From NCBI GenBank assembly GCA_044222475.1, contig JBGANF010000009.1, positions 45,845 to 109,844 of the forward strand: a stretch of 64,000 nt of DNA, given 5' to 3'. Source of the stretch: Polyangiaceae bacterium. Lineage in GTDB: Bacteria; Myxococcota_A; Polyangia; Polyangiales; Polyangiaceae. Under the pieces are notes generated by a model, which was not told the origin of the DNA, searched no databases, and saw nothing but the letters and a program-made list of their open reading frames with translations. The translations under genes were made by a program, and so were the position numbers. Numbering within the stretch: position 1 is the stretch's first letter; each line of letters begins with the position of its first letter. Shown here piece after piece: positions 1 to 8,480 of this stretch.

Positions 1-1074
1 GTGCGCGACACGCCGACCTCCGCCCGCAAGGTCTACTTCGGCGCCCCTGCGACCCGCTTCGACCTCGAGGGCTACCAGTCGTTCCTGATGGACTGCATCG
101 GCGACTCGTCGCGGTTCAACTCCACGACGCTCGTGCGCGCTTTCGACGAGCTCGGCGTCACCGGCCTCGAGCGCGTCCTCGCGTACAAGAGCGGCTTCCT
201 GCGAGCGTTCCTCCAAGACACGAAGACCAAGGTCGGCAGCGTCGTCCGCGACGGCGCGTGGGGCCCCGGCCGCGACGACGCGATCGGGCTCTCGGGCGCG
301 ATCCTCCTCGGGCCGCAGTTCGTCCCGACGAAGCCGGCGCCGGTGGACTTCCCGGCGGTGTGGAACCAACAGGCGCGCAAAGGTCACGCGCTCCACTGGG
401 ACGGCGCGGCCGGGAGTGCGCTCGAGCGGAACGTGCTCGTCGCGGTCGGCGCGGGGACGCCGAAGAACGGCGTCCCGCTCGACAGCCTCGCCGCGGTCCA
501 AGGCTTCCTCGACAAGCTGCCGGCACCCAAGTACCCGTACGCGATCGACAACGGCCTCGCGACCAAAGGCCAGGCCATCTTCGAGGCGCGCTGCAACGAC
601 TGCCACGGCGCGAAGGGATCGCGCACGCTCCAGGTCACCCCGATCCTCGAGATCGGCACCGACCCGAACCGCCTCGACGCCGTGTCCCAAGCTGGGATCG
701 ACAAGATGAACTCGATGTGGGGCGCGGGCTGGTCGTTCAGCCAGTTCAAGAAGACGAACGGCTATCTGAACGGCCCGCTCGACGGCATCTGGCTGCGCGC
801 GCCGTACCTCCACAACGGCTCGGTGCCCACGCTTCGCGACCTGCTGAAGCCGCCGGCCCAACGCCCGAAGACGTTCTTCCGAGGCAACGACGTGTACGAC
901 GCGAAGAACGTCGGCTTCGTGTCGACCGTCGCGAGCGAAGGAAAGACCACGTACATGCTCTTCGACACGACCCGCCAGGGGAACGGCAACGGCGGGCACT
1001 TCGGCCCGGCCTACGGGACGAACCTCTCCGAGGCCGACGTCGATGCGCTCCTCGAGTACCTGAAGACGCTCTGA
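1..1074 (+). CDS. c-type cytochrome, RoxA-like / di-heme peroxidase-related (5' end outside window)
   Basis: CNDCH heme-binding motif; IGTDPNR and GYLNGPLDGIWLRAPYLHNGSVPTLRDLL and GNGNGGH segments typical of RoxA-like cytochromes; ORF open at window edge. Confidence 0.75.
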   Translation: MRDTPTSARKVYFGAPATRFDLEGYQSFLMDCIGDSSRFNSTTLVRAFDELGVTGLERVLAYKSGFLRAFLQDTKTKVGSVVRDGAWGPGRDDAIGLSGAILLGPQFVPTKPAPVDFPAVWNQQARKGHALHWDGAAGSALERNVLVAVGAGTPKNGVPLDSLAAVQGFLDKLPAPKYPYAIDNGLATKGQAIFEARCNDCHGAKGSRTLQVTPILEIGTDPNRLDAVSQAGIDKMNSMWGAGWSFSQFKKTNGYLNGPLDGIWLRAPYLHNGSVPTLRDLLKPPAQRPKTFFRGNDVYDAKNVGFVSTVASEGKTTYMLFDTTRQGNGNGGHFGPAYGTNLSEADVDALLEYLKTL

Positions 1075-1108
1075 GCGCCGCCGAGGACGCGTGTATAGTC
1101 TCGCTACC

Positions 1109-1747
1109 TTGCCCAAGAAGCCCGCGAAGAAGGCTCCGCGCCGCAGCGCCCGCGAGCGGCGACCGCGCACCCCGGACGAGACGCGTGACGCCCTGATCGC
1201 CTCGGGGATCACCCTGTTCGCCAAGCGCGGCCTCGACGGACCGAGCCTCGACGACATCTGCGCTCACGCGGGGCTGACCCGCGGTGCCTTCTACGTGCAC
1301 TTCAAGGACCGCGACGACTTCCTCGTGGCGGTGATGGACCGCTTCGGGCAGCCCCTGCTCGACGAGCTGCTCTCGGTGGGTCAGGGCGGCTTCGCCGAGG
1401 CGGTACAGCGGTTCGTCGCCGCGAGCGCGTCCGGGCGCTACCCGCTGATGCCGGAGGGCGGCATCCGCCCGTACCAGCTGCTCGACGCGTGCGCGCGCTC
1501 GCAGGTGCTGCGCGAGCGCTACCTCGGCCTCGTGAAGATCAGCACGTCGCGCGTCGCCGAGCTCGTCGCCGAAGGCCAGAAGAGCGGGATGCTGCGGCCC
1601 GATCTCGACCCGGCGAACGCGGCCCAGCTCACGATCGCGCTCGTCGTCGGCCTGCAGACGCTCGCCGATCTCGGCATGCCGCTGTCGCTCGAAGCGCTCG
1701 CTCCCGACGTGATCAAGCTCCTCCTCCCGCCGGTGCCGCCGTCGTGA
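1109..1747 (+). CDS. TetR/AcrR family transcriptional regulator
   Basis: HTH 'SLDDICAHAGLTRGAFYVHFKDRDD'; start placed at TTG 1109, 9 nt after TATAGT (ORF track starts 1091). Confidence 0.9.
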   Translation: MPKKPAKKAPRRSARERRPRTPDETRDALIASGITLFAKRGLDGPSLDDICAHAGLTRGAFYVHFKDRDDFLVAVMDRFGQPLLDELLSVGQGGFAEAVQRFVAASASGRYPLMPEGGIRPYQLLDACARSQVLRERYLGLVKISTSRVAELVAEGQKSGMLRPDLDPANAAQLTIALVVGLQTLADLGMPLSLEALAPDVIKLLLPPVPPS

Positions 1748-2538
1748 TCACGGGAACCGCCATCGTCACCGGCGCCGGCTCGGGCATCGGGCGCGCGCTC
1801 GCGCACGGCTTGGCCGATCGCGGCGTCCGCGTGTTCTGCACCGACGTCGACGGCGCCAGCGCCGAGGAGACTGCGCGCTCGTGCGGCGGCGATTTCTCCG
1901 CGCTCGACGTGACGAACGCGTCCGCCTTCGGCGAGCTGGTGGCTCGCGTCGACCGCGATCACGGGCTCGCCTACCTCTTCAACAACGCCGGCATCGCGGT
2001 CGGCGGCGAGGCGCAGTCGCTCGGACCCGAGGACTGGCAGCGCGTCCTCGACGTGAACCTCCGCGGCACGATCCACGGCGTCACCGCGGCCTACCCGCGG
2101 ATGCTCGCGCGCGGCCGCGGGCACATCCTCAACGTCGCATCGATCGCCGGGCTCGTCCCCTACCCGCTCTCGGTTCCGTACACGACGTCGAAGCACGCCG
2201 TCGTGGGCCTGAGCTTGGCGCTCCGAGCCGAGGGCGCCGCCCGCGGCGTGCGCGTGAGCGTCGCGTGCCCGGGCACGATCGACACTGCGATCTGGCACCG
2301 GTCCGAGGTGCGCGGCTTCGATCGCCAGCGCGTCATCGAGTGGCTAGGCAAGCCGACGACCGCCAAGGCGTGCGCGAACGCGATCCTGCGCGGCGTGGAG
2401 AAGAACCGCGGGGTGATCGTCGTCGGGAACGACGCGCGGCTGGCGTGGCTCGTGCAGCGCGCATCGCCTCGACTGGGGACGTGGCTCCACACCCGGCTCG
2501 TCGGCCTCGCGCGCGAGCGGTTCGTCGCGCGGCCTTGA
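1744..2538 (+). CDS. short-chain dehydrogenase/reductase (SDR)
   Basis: TGAGSGIG, NNAGI, YTTSK catalytic motif; GTG start overlaps TetR stop (GTGA). Confidence 0.92.
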   Translation: MITGTAIVTGAGSGIGRALAHGLADRGVRVFCTDVDGASAEETARSCGGDFSALDVTNASAFGELVARVDRDHGLAYLFNNAGIAVGGEAQSLGPEDWQRVLDVNLRGTIHGVTAAYPRMLARGRGHILNVASIAGLVPYPLSVPYTTSKHAVVGLSLALRAEGAARGVRVSVACPGTIDTAIWHRSEVRGFDRQRVIEWLGKPTTAKACANAILRGVEKNRGVIVVGNDARLAWLVQRASPRLGTWLHTRLVGLARERFVARP

Positions 2539-2541
2539 GGG

Positions 2542-3510
2542 TCAGCCTCTCGCATCGCCTACGACGGCGCGCACGTGATCGCGCACCGAAGCAAGGTGCT
2601 CGAGCCCCTCCGGCAGCACGAGGTCGTGCGTCGGGACGGTGTCGACGATGCGCGCACACAGATCCATCTGCCGGAGCACCAGCGCCGAAGGCGCCGCCAC
2701 GAGCCGAAACGCGTGCCGAAAGAGCCGGATCGCGAGGCCGGCGCCGCCGCGCTCCGCGCGCGGGACCCGGTCGCGTTCGCGCCGCAGGAGGAACACGCCG
2801 GCGAGCGGCAACGCGCCGACGGGGCCCCCTCGGAGCGCGCGCGGCGTGAACCGGCGCTTGGTTCCACTCGGTGCGCTCACGTAGTCGTCGGCCCAGCCGA
2901 GCGCCTTCCGTCGCGCGAGCCAAGCGAGCGCCGGGCGGCAGAGGCGCACTCCTGGGTATCCGGCGCGCGCCACGAAAGTGCCGCGCCTCATCGAGACGAT
3001 CGTGCAGTCGTCCGAGACGCTCGTCCCGCCGTCGGCGAGGAACGAAGCGGCCAGCGTGGACTTTCCGGTCCCGCTCGGTGCGCAGAAGAGGACGACGCGA
3101 CCGTCGAGCGTCACGCTCGACGCATGGAAGCTGTCCGCACCTCGGAGACTCAGCGCGATCGGGACGACATGATCGAGGAGCGCGTGTCGCGTCGCGCTCG
3201 AAGCGCGACCCAATGCATCCACCGTCGCGCCATCTTCGGCGACGACATAGTCGCACACGCCGTGGATTCGAACGAGGAAGTCCTTACCCGTGCGACCGCA
3301 CGACAACCACAACCGGCCGCCGATGCGATGGCGCTCGGCCCACTCGATCGGCCCCTTCGGAGCAACGGCGCCGAACGTCACACGAAGGACCGGGCGGCGA
3401 GCGGCTCGACGAACCAGTGGAGCGAGCTCCGGGAGCGGCTCACTCGACCGCAACATCGTGTCGAACGCGTCGTACGTCCACAACTTGGGCTGGTCAAATC
3501 GTGTAGCCAC
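2542..3510 (-). CDS. HPr kinase-like P-loop kinase (putative RiPP/lasso tailoring kinase)
   Basis: FHASSV, Walker A APSGTGKST, downstream SDD motif of the HprK-like family; start overlaps the end of the methyltransferase gene. Confidence 0.8.
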   Translation of the reverse strand: MATRFDQPKLWTYDAFDTMLRSSEPLPELAPLVRRAARRPVLRVTFGAVAPKGPIEWAERHRIGGRLWLSCGRTGKDFLVRIHGVCDYVVAEDGATVDALGRASSATRHALLDHVVPIALSLRGADSFHASSVTLDGRVVLFCAPSGTGKSTLAASFLADGGTSVSDDCTIVSMRRGTFVARAGYPGVRLCRPALAWLARRKALGWADDYVSAPSGTKRRFTPRALRGGPVGALPLAGVFLLRRERDRVPRAERGGAGLAIRLFRHAFRLVAAPSALVLRQMDLCARIVDTVPTHDLVLPEGLEHLASVRDHVRAVVGDARG

Positions 3511-4615
3511 TCACGACCTCGGCGACGAACACCGCGGCTTCCGCGTGCGATCGGAAGAGGTCGGGATGACTCTCGTGAACTCGTGCTTCGATGGCGGCGA
3601 GCGGAGTCCGACCGTCGCAGAGATCGAGAACGGTGCGCCTTGCACGACCTCGAGCCGTCAGGACGGGAACGAAGCTCGGGTTCGTCCGGCGCAGGTCGGC
3701 CTCCGAGAGGAGCATGCCGCCGTACGTCGAGTGGCGGAACCGTCGGTCGCCCGCGCTGACGGTCCACGACAGCATCGCGTCCGACATGTGAAAGAGCACC
3801 TCCGCGTCGAGGGTGTCCCCGGCGCGCACCGGCGTCGGAGCCTCCAGCGGAAGAAAGGCGCAGTTGCGGTCGATCCGCGAGGACGAGCACGGCGAGTTCG
3901 TGAGCTCGACCGACGGCGAGAGCTCGGCGACGAACCACGCCGCGAGCCCGTGGATCACCCCATCCCGAGTGGCCGTCAACTTCGCGCTCGCGGGCACGAC
4001 GTCGGGCGGCTCGACTCCGGTGTCCAGGCGGGCGAGCGGAGCGGGCGCGGAGACGAGCTGATCGGCGGTGGGGCGGAGCGGATAGCCGGTGTTGCGCGCC
4101 AGGCTGGCGACCGCGCGCACGTCCAGGCCGCCACGCGGCTCGTCCCAAAACGACACCCTCGCCCAGGACTCTGGCGCCTCCACCGCCGCCAACTCGAAAC
4201 GGATCGCACGCGGCACCATCGTTGCGCCGGGTCGCGCGAGGCGGCGCGCGGCATCTGCGAAATACGAGAAGACGCCAGCCTCGAAGCCGGCACGGCCAAT
4301 TTGATCCGCGACGACGACGTCGACTCGACGCGGCAGCTCCACTGCGGTGGAAAACGACTGGAGGTACGTCACGGCTCCGGCCGCGCCGTTCGCGCACCCG
4401 ATGTCGCGCGCGACGCCGAGAATGCTCCCCTCGTCGACCGCGTACACGTGACCCGCACCAGCCCGTAGGGCGAGGAGTCCGAGCAGCCCCGTCCCACAAC
4501 CGAGGTCCAGAACGGTGTCACCAGGGCGGACGACCTCGATCAGCGCACGCTCGAACGCGCCGATGCGCGCGGGGTCGCCGAGGTAGGTCCGGTGTTCGTC
4601 GAGGACGAGCGACAT
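3494..4615 (-). CDS. PRMT-fold class I SAM methyltransferase with C-terminal PqqD/wHTH-like extension
   Basis: VLDLGCGTGLL motif I, AGAGHVYAVD, VDVVVADQIG..FE loop, HGLAAWF...LTNSP beta-barrel segment; GGAGG RBS upstream; tail 'VLDLCDGRTPLAAIEARV'. Confidence 0.82.
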   Translation of the reverse strand: MSLVLDEHRTYLGDPARIGAFERALIEVVRPGDTVLDLGCGTGLLGLLALRAGAGHVYAVDEGSILGVARDIGCANGAAGAVTYLQSFSTAVELPRRVDVVVADQIGRAGFEAGVFSYFADAARRLARPGATMVPRAIRFELAAVEAPESWARVSFWDEPRGGLDVRAVASLARNTGYPLRPTADQLVSAPAPLARLDTGVEPPDVVPASAKLTATRDGVIHGLAAWFVAELSPSVELTNSPCSSSRIDRNCAFLPLEAPTPVRAGDTLDAEVLFHMSDAMLSWTVSAGDRRFRHSTYGGMLLSEADLRRTNPSFVPVLTARGRARRTVLDLCDGRTPLAAIEARVHESHPDLFRSHAEAAVFVAEVVSGYTI

Positions 4616-4631
4616 CGAGATGCCTCCTCGT

Positions 4632-4811
4632 TCAGAGACACATCATCGACATCCCTGGGGGCCCGCCGTCGTTGCCGGAACCGGCTCCGCCCAACGTCAG
4701 CTTGCGCAGATCTCCGTAGTGCACCAGCCGCGGCTTTTCGTAGGGACGCTTCGAAGCGTGCGGCGTCGCAGGGTCGGTCGAAGGCGGCGGCGGATTCGTC
4801 GGCGCGGACAT
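4632..4811 (-). CDS. lasso peptide precursor (59 aa)
   Basis: MSAPTNPPPPSTDPATPHASKRPYEKPRLVHYGDLRKLTL|GGAGSGNDGGPPGMSMMCL: YxxPxL leader motif, Thr at -2, Gly1, Asp8; adjacent to cyclase and RRE genes. Confidence 0.9.
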   Translation of the reverse strand: MSAPTNPPPPSTDPATPHASKRPYEKPRLVHYGDLRKLTLGGAGSGNDGGPPGMSMMCL

Positions 4812-4844
4812 CCAACCAGGGTCGCACGGATCTCGCCTCGCGAA

Positions 4845-4854
4845 AATGTAGAAT
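4845..4854. promoter_or_regulatory. overlapping divergent -10-like hexamers (TACATT on minus, TAGAAT on plus)
   Basis: AATGTAGAAT in the 54-bp gap between precursor and cyclase starts. Confidence 0.45.
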
Positions 4855-4865
4855 GGATCTCCTCG

Positions 4866-6569
4866 ATGGGATTCGTGACTGCGGCCAAGCGCTCGGGTGG
4901 AGGTCCGTTCCACTGGGCGGGGAGCCGTACCGCGAACGCGCGCGATGGTAGCGCGAGCATCGCCTTCGACGGCCGCATCGACAATCGAAGGGCCCTCGGT
5001 GCGCTCGCCCATGAAGACGACGCCTCGCTCGCGCTCCGCGTGTACGCGAGAGATCCGTCCAGGTTCCCCCAGGATCTCGTCGGGGACTTCGCGTGCGTGG
5101 TCGTGGACCACGTTCGCGATCGAATGCTGCTTGCGCGCGACTTCCTCGGCCGTCGACCGCTCTACTACGCGCAGGTGAACGGCGCGGTCCACGCCTCGAC
5201 GACGTTCGAGGGGCTCCTTGGATCCGGCGCAGTCTCCCGCGCGAAAGACGAAGCGACCGTCGCGATGTTCCTCTCGGCGTCGCCCCCGAGCGACGGCTCG
5301 ACGCTCTGGGCCAGCATTCGGCGCGTCCTCCCCGGACACGTCGTGGTTGCAGAGCGGGGCCGTCTCGCTTCTCTGCGGTATTGGGCACCGGACCTCACCG
5401 AGGAGCTCGACGTGACGTTCGAGGAGGCCTGCCGACGGCTCGAGCAGCTCCTCGAGACTGCGGTCGGGGAGACCATGGGGACCGATCCCGCCATCCAGCT
5501 CAGCGGAGGCGTCGACTCCTCGACCGTCGCAGGATTCTGCGCCGCAGCCGAACCCCGGTCGCTCCGCGCATACGCCGTGGTGTTTCCGGGTCATCGTGAG
5601 GCCGACGAGTCCAGCTATCTCGACGCGGTGGATGCGCACCTCGGGCTCGACGTGCGCCGACTCGAGGGCGCTGCACTCCCCGTGGACGACGACGTTTCGC
5701 AGCGCAGCGATCTCCCGATGCTCCCCAACGCGGGAATCGTTCACGCGATCCTGAACGCCATGACGGCGGACGGTCGGAAGACGCTTCTCACGGGTGACGG
5801 TGGCGACGACACGCTCACCGCGAGCATGTACGTCTACGCCGACCTCCTCTCGTCGCTGCGGTGGGCCGATCTACGGAGGCTCGTTCGCGAGCATCGCACC
5901 GTGCCGACCGTCACCCTCGGGCGCTTCCCGATCCTCTCCTATGCGGTGCGCCCGATGGTGCCGGGGCGCTGGGTCGCTGCGCTGCGCCAACGGCTCGGGC
6001 GGCGCGCGGCGCCGCAATACGTCCGCCGATCGTTCGCCGACCGCACGGGGCTCGAGCGGCGCCTCGCCTTCGACGTGCGCCCTCCTCACGGAGTCTCGTA
6101 CGCCCGCTTCGATGCGCTCGCAGCGTTGCGCAGCGGATGGCTCGTCCACGGTCTCGAACAGAACGCGCATCTCTACGATCGGTTCGGAGTGCAAGTCGCG
6201 TCGCCGCTGTTCGATCGCCGAATCGTCGAGCTCGCGCTGCGTCTGCCTCCCGCGTTCCTCTCGCACGGACAGATCATGAAGCGCGCGCTCGTGTCCGCAG
6301 CCGGAGCGCGACTGCCGAGTGCCGTCGCGCGACGCACGACGAAATCCGACTTCTCGCATCTCTTCGCAGAAGCGCTGCGCGCCCGCGCTCGGACGTTCGC
6401 CGCGCGTGACCTGGCGATCGCCGACGCCGGCTTCGTCGAGCCGGCGCCGCTCCGCGCGCTCTACGAGCGTACGATGGCGCAGTACCGCGCAGGCGACCCG
6501 CGCTACGCGGCGCACGTCCTGACGCTGTGGATGGCGTACTCGGTCGAAAAATGGCTGACAACGTGCTGA
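4866..6569 (+). CDS. lasso peptide cyclase (asparagine synthetase-like)
   Basis: FDGRIDNR, GDFA, ARDFLGRRPLYY, LSGGVDSS PP-loop, LTGDGGD, SPLFDRRIVE; no N-terminal Ntn Cys; start ATG 4866 chosen because the longer ORF overlaps the precursor. Confidence 0.85.
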   Translation: MGFVTAAKRSGGGPFHWAGSRTANARDGSASIAFDGRIDNRRALGALAHEDDASLALRVYARDPSRFPQDLVGDFACVVVDHVRDRMLLARDFLGRRPLYYAQVNGAVHASTTFEGLLGSGAVSRAKDEATVAMFLSASPPSDGSTLWASIRRVLPGHVVVAERGRLASLRYWAPDLTEELDVTFEEACRRLEQLLETAVGETMGTDPAIQLSGGVDSSTVAGFCAAAEPRSLRAYAVVFPGHREADESSYLDAVDAHLGLDVRRLEGAALPVDDDVSQRSDLPMLPNAGIVHAILNAMTADGRKTLLTGDGGDDTLTASMYVYADLLSSLRWADLRRLVREHRTVPTVTLGRFPILSYAVRPMVPGRWVAALRQRLGRRAAPQYVRRSFADRTGLERRLAFDVRPPHGVSYARFDALAALRSGWLVHGLEQNAHLYDRFGVQVASPLFDRRIVELALRLPPAFLSHGQIMKRALVSAAGARLPSAVARRTTKSDFSHLFAEALRARARTFAARDLAIADAGFVEPAPLRALYERTMAQYRAGDPRYAAHVLTLWMAYSVEKWLTTC

Positions 6570-6589
6570 CGCCCTGCAATGACCAGGGA

Positions 6590-6862
6590 ATGGATCCCTC
6601 GAAGCGCTATGTACCGCGACCGCACGTCGTTCGGCGCCGTGTGGGGGACGAGTGTCTACTCCTCGACAGCACGAGGCAGCAGTTTTTCAGCCTCAATTTC
6701 GTCGCGGTCTCCGTGTGGGACGCACTCTCGCCGGAGCGCACGCTCGACGAAATCATCGATCGCGTCGCCGACGAGTATGGAGCCGAGCGCGACACGGTCG
6801 AGCGCGACTGTCTCGATCTAATGGCGGCCCTGCTCGAGCAGGGCCTCGTCGACGAGCGGTGA
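6590..6862 (+). CDS. PqqD-family RiPP recognition element (lasso B1/E protein)
   Basis: 90 aa; 'LLLDSTRQQFFSLNFVAVSVWDAL...TLDEIIDRVADEY...VERDCLDLMAALLEQGLV'. Confidence 0.9.
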   Translation: MDPSKRYVPRPHVVRRRVGDECLLLDSTRQQFFSLNFVAVSVWDALSPERTLDEIIDRVADEYGAERDTVERDCLDLMAALLEQGLVDER

Positions 6863-8434
6863 CGCGCTCGCTCCGAGATCGGCGGTGACGAAACAGCCGG
6901 CCGCGAGACGCTCGACCAGCTCGGTCGAGTGCGCCGCCACGATCACGAGCTTCGTCGCTGCCTCACGTTCGAGCAAGCGCGCGAGCAGTTGGATGCCGGC
7001 CCGATCGAGGCTCGCGTCGGGCTCGTCGAAGAGGAGCGCCGGCCGGTCGGCAGCGAACGCGCGAGCCAGCGCGACGCGCTGGCGCTGACCGACCGAGAGC
7101 TCACCGAGCTCGACGTCGAGCGGCGACCTCGCGCGCTCGGCCAACGCCTGCCAGACCTCGAGGTCGCGCAGGCTCTTCTCGATCCGTTCGTCCGTGACGG
7201 CTCCGTGAACGAGCTCGAATGCTCGGCGAATGCTCGCGCGCTCGGGCAGGAGTGGGCGCTGAGGTAGGAATGCGAGCTTCCCGCGCCACGCGTCGAGGTC
7301 GCACGAGAAGAGGTCGGTGCCGTCGAGGCTCACGGTGCCGGCGGTGGGTTCGACGAGACCGGCCACCACCCGCAACAGCGTGCTCTTCCCGCTTCCATTC
7401 GGACCCACGAGAAGCACCGCAGCTCCTCGCTTCACCACCAAGGTCGTGGGAGGGAGCGCGCGATCCTGATCCCCGTAGTGGTAGCTGACGGCGGAACAGG
7501 CGAGCGAGGAGAGCTCGCGAACGGCGCGCGTGCCACCCGTCGGGAGCACGGTTCCCTCGAAGATGGGCATCAGCGCGCGGACTTGGGGGAGTGCGCGCGC
7601 GATCTCGACCGCCGCTCTCGCGATGCCCGCGAAGCCTGCCGACGCCGTGGCGACGACGAGCAGCTCGCCGAGTGCGGGCGAGCTGGGGCTCAGCGCGAAC
7701 CACGTTCCCGCGGCGGCGAGCGCCACGAACGTGGGCGCCCGGGTCGCGAAGCCCGCAGCTCCGTCGGCGCGAACGACTCGGGCGCGACGCAGGCCGAGGG
7801 CGCGGTCGAGCTCGGACACGAAGCTCGCTGCGTTCCCGTTGGCGAGGATCTCCGCTCGCCCGACGATGGCGGCGGCGAGCCGATCGATGACGCCACCGTG
7901 AGCTCCCCATGCGTCCTCGCTCGCGCGAGACGCAACGCGACGGCTCGCCCACGCGGCGGTAGCCGCGACGCCAAGCGCCACGAGCGCGATGAGCTCGGTC
8001 GCTGGCGCCACCTTGCGATGCACGACCGCGACGAGCGCGATGCTGGCGACGAGGTCCCCCGCCGCTCCGGGTGCGAGCTCGCTAGCGATGCGCGAGACCT
8101 GGTGCCCGGCCTCGAGGACCGTGCTCAACGCCTCGTCGTGACGAAGCGGTGCCGCCTGAACGACGTTGCGCGAGAGCAGCGCCGCGCCGACGCGCCGTTG
8201 AATGACGGTCTCGAGCGAAGCGCGCGTGAGGGCTCGCGCCGCCCCTCTGAGGAACACGATGGCCGCAAGGGCCACGCCAGTAACGAAAGCGGGGAGGCGA
8301 TGATCATCGACGAGAAAGACCGTCGTCGCCGTCACGAGGATGCGCTCGGCAGCCTGCAGAACGGCCATGAACGCGATCGAGATCCACTGCCGTCGCTCGA
8401 CGAAGCCGATGACGAAGCGGGCGAGTGGGAGCAC
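6818..8434 (-). CDS. ABC exporter, fused TMD-NBD
   Basis: N-terminal hydrophobic helices; GPNGSGKST, LSVGQRQR, LLFDEP, H-loop. Confidence 0.88.
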   Translation of the reverse strand: MLPLARFVIGFVERRQWISIAFMAVLQAAERILVTATTVFLVDDHRLPAFVTGVALAAIVFLRGAARALTRASLETVIQRRVGAALLSRNVVQAAPLRHDEALSTVLEAGHQVSRIASELAPGAAGDLVASIALVAVVHRKVAPATELIALVALGVAATAAWASRRVASRASEDAWGAHGGVIDRLAAAIVGRAEILANGNAASFVSELDRALGLRRARVVRADGAAGFATRAPTFVALAAAGTWFALSPSSPALGELLVVATASAGFAGIARAAVEIARALPQVRALMPIFEGTVLPTGGTRAVRELSSLACSAVSYHYGDQDRALPPTTLVVKRGAAVLLVGPNGSGKSTLLRVVAGLVEPTAGTVSLDGTDLFSCDLDAWRGKLAFLPQRPLLPERASIRRAFELVHGAVTDERIEKSLRDLEVWQALAERARSPLDVELGELSVGQRQRVALARAFAADRPALLFDEPDASLDRAGIQLLARLLEREAATKLVIVAAHSTELVERLAAGCFVTADLGASASPLVDEALLEQGRH

Positions 8435-8480
8435 GGAGGCGCGACGGTAGCGCCGGTGGTTTCCAGCGTCGAGTGGAGAG

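Noticed and set aside
4620..4865. N-terminal extension of the 649-aa cyclase ORF
   Set aside because: Arg-rich, overlaps the precursor antisense; ATG 4866 is the more plausible start.
4632..5744. 370-aa minus-strand ORF
   Set aside because: Antisense shadow of the cyclase; only the last 59 codons (precursor) look real.
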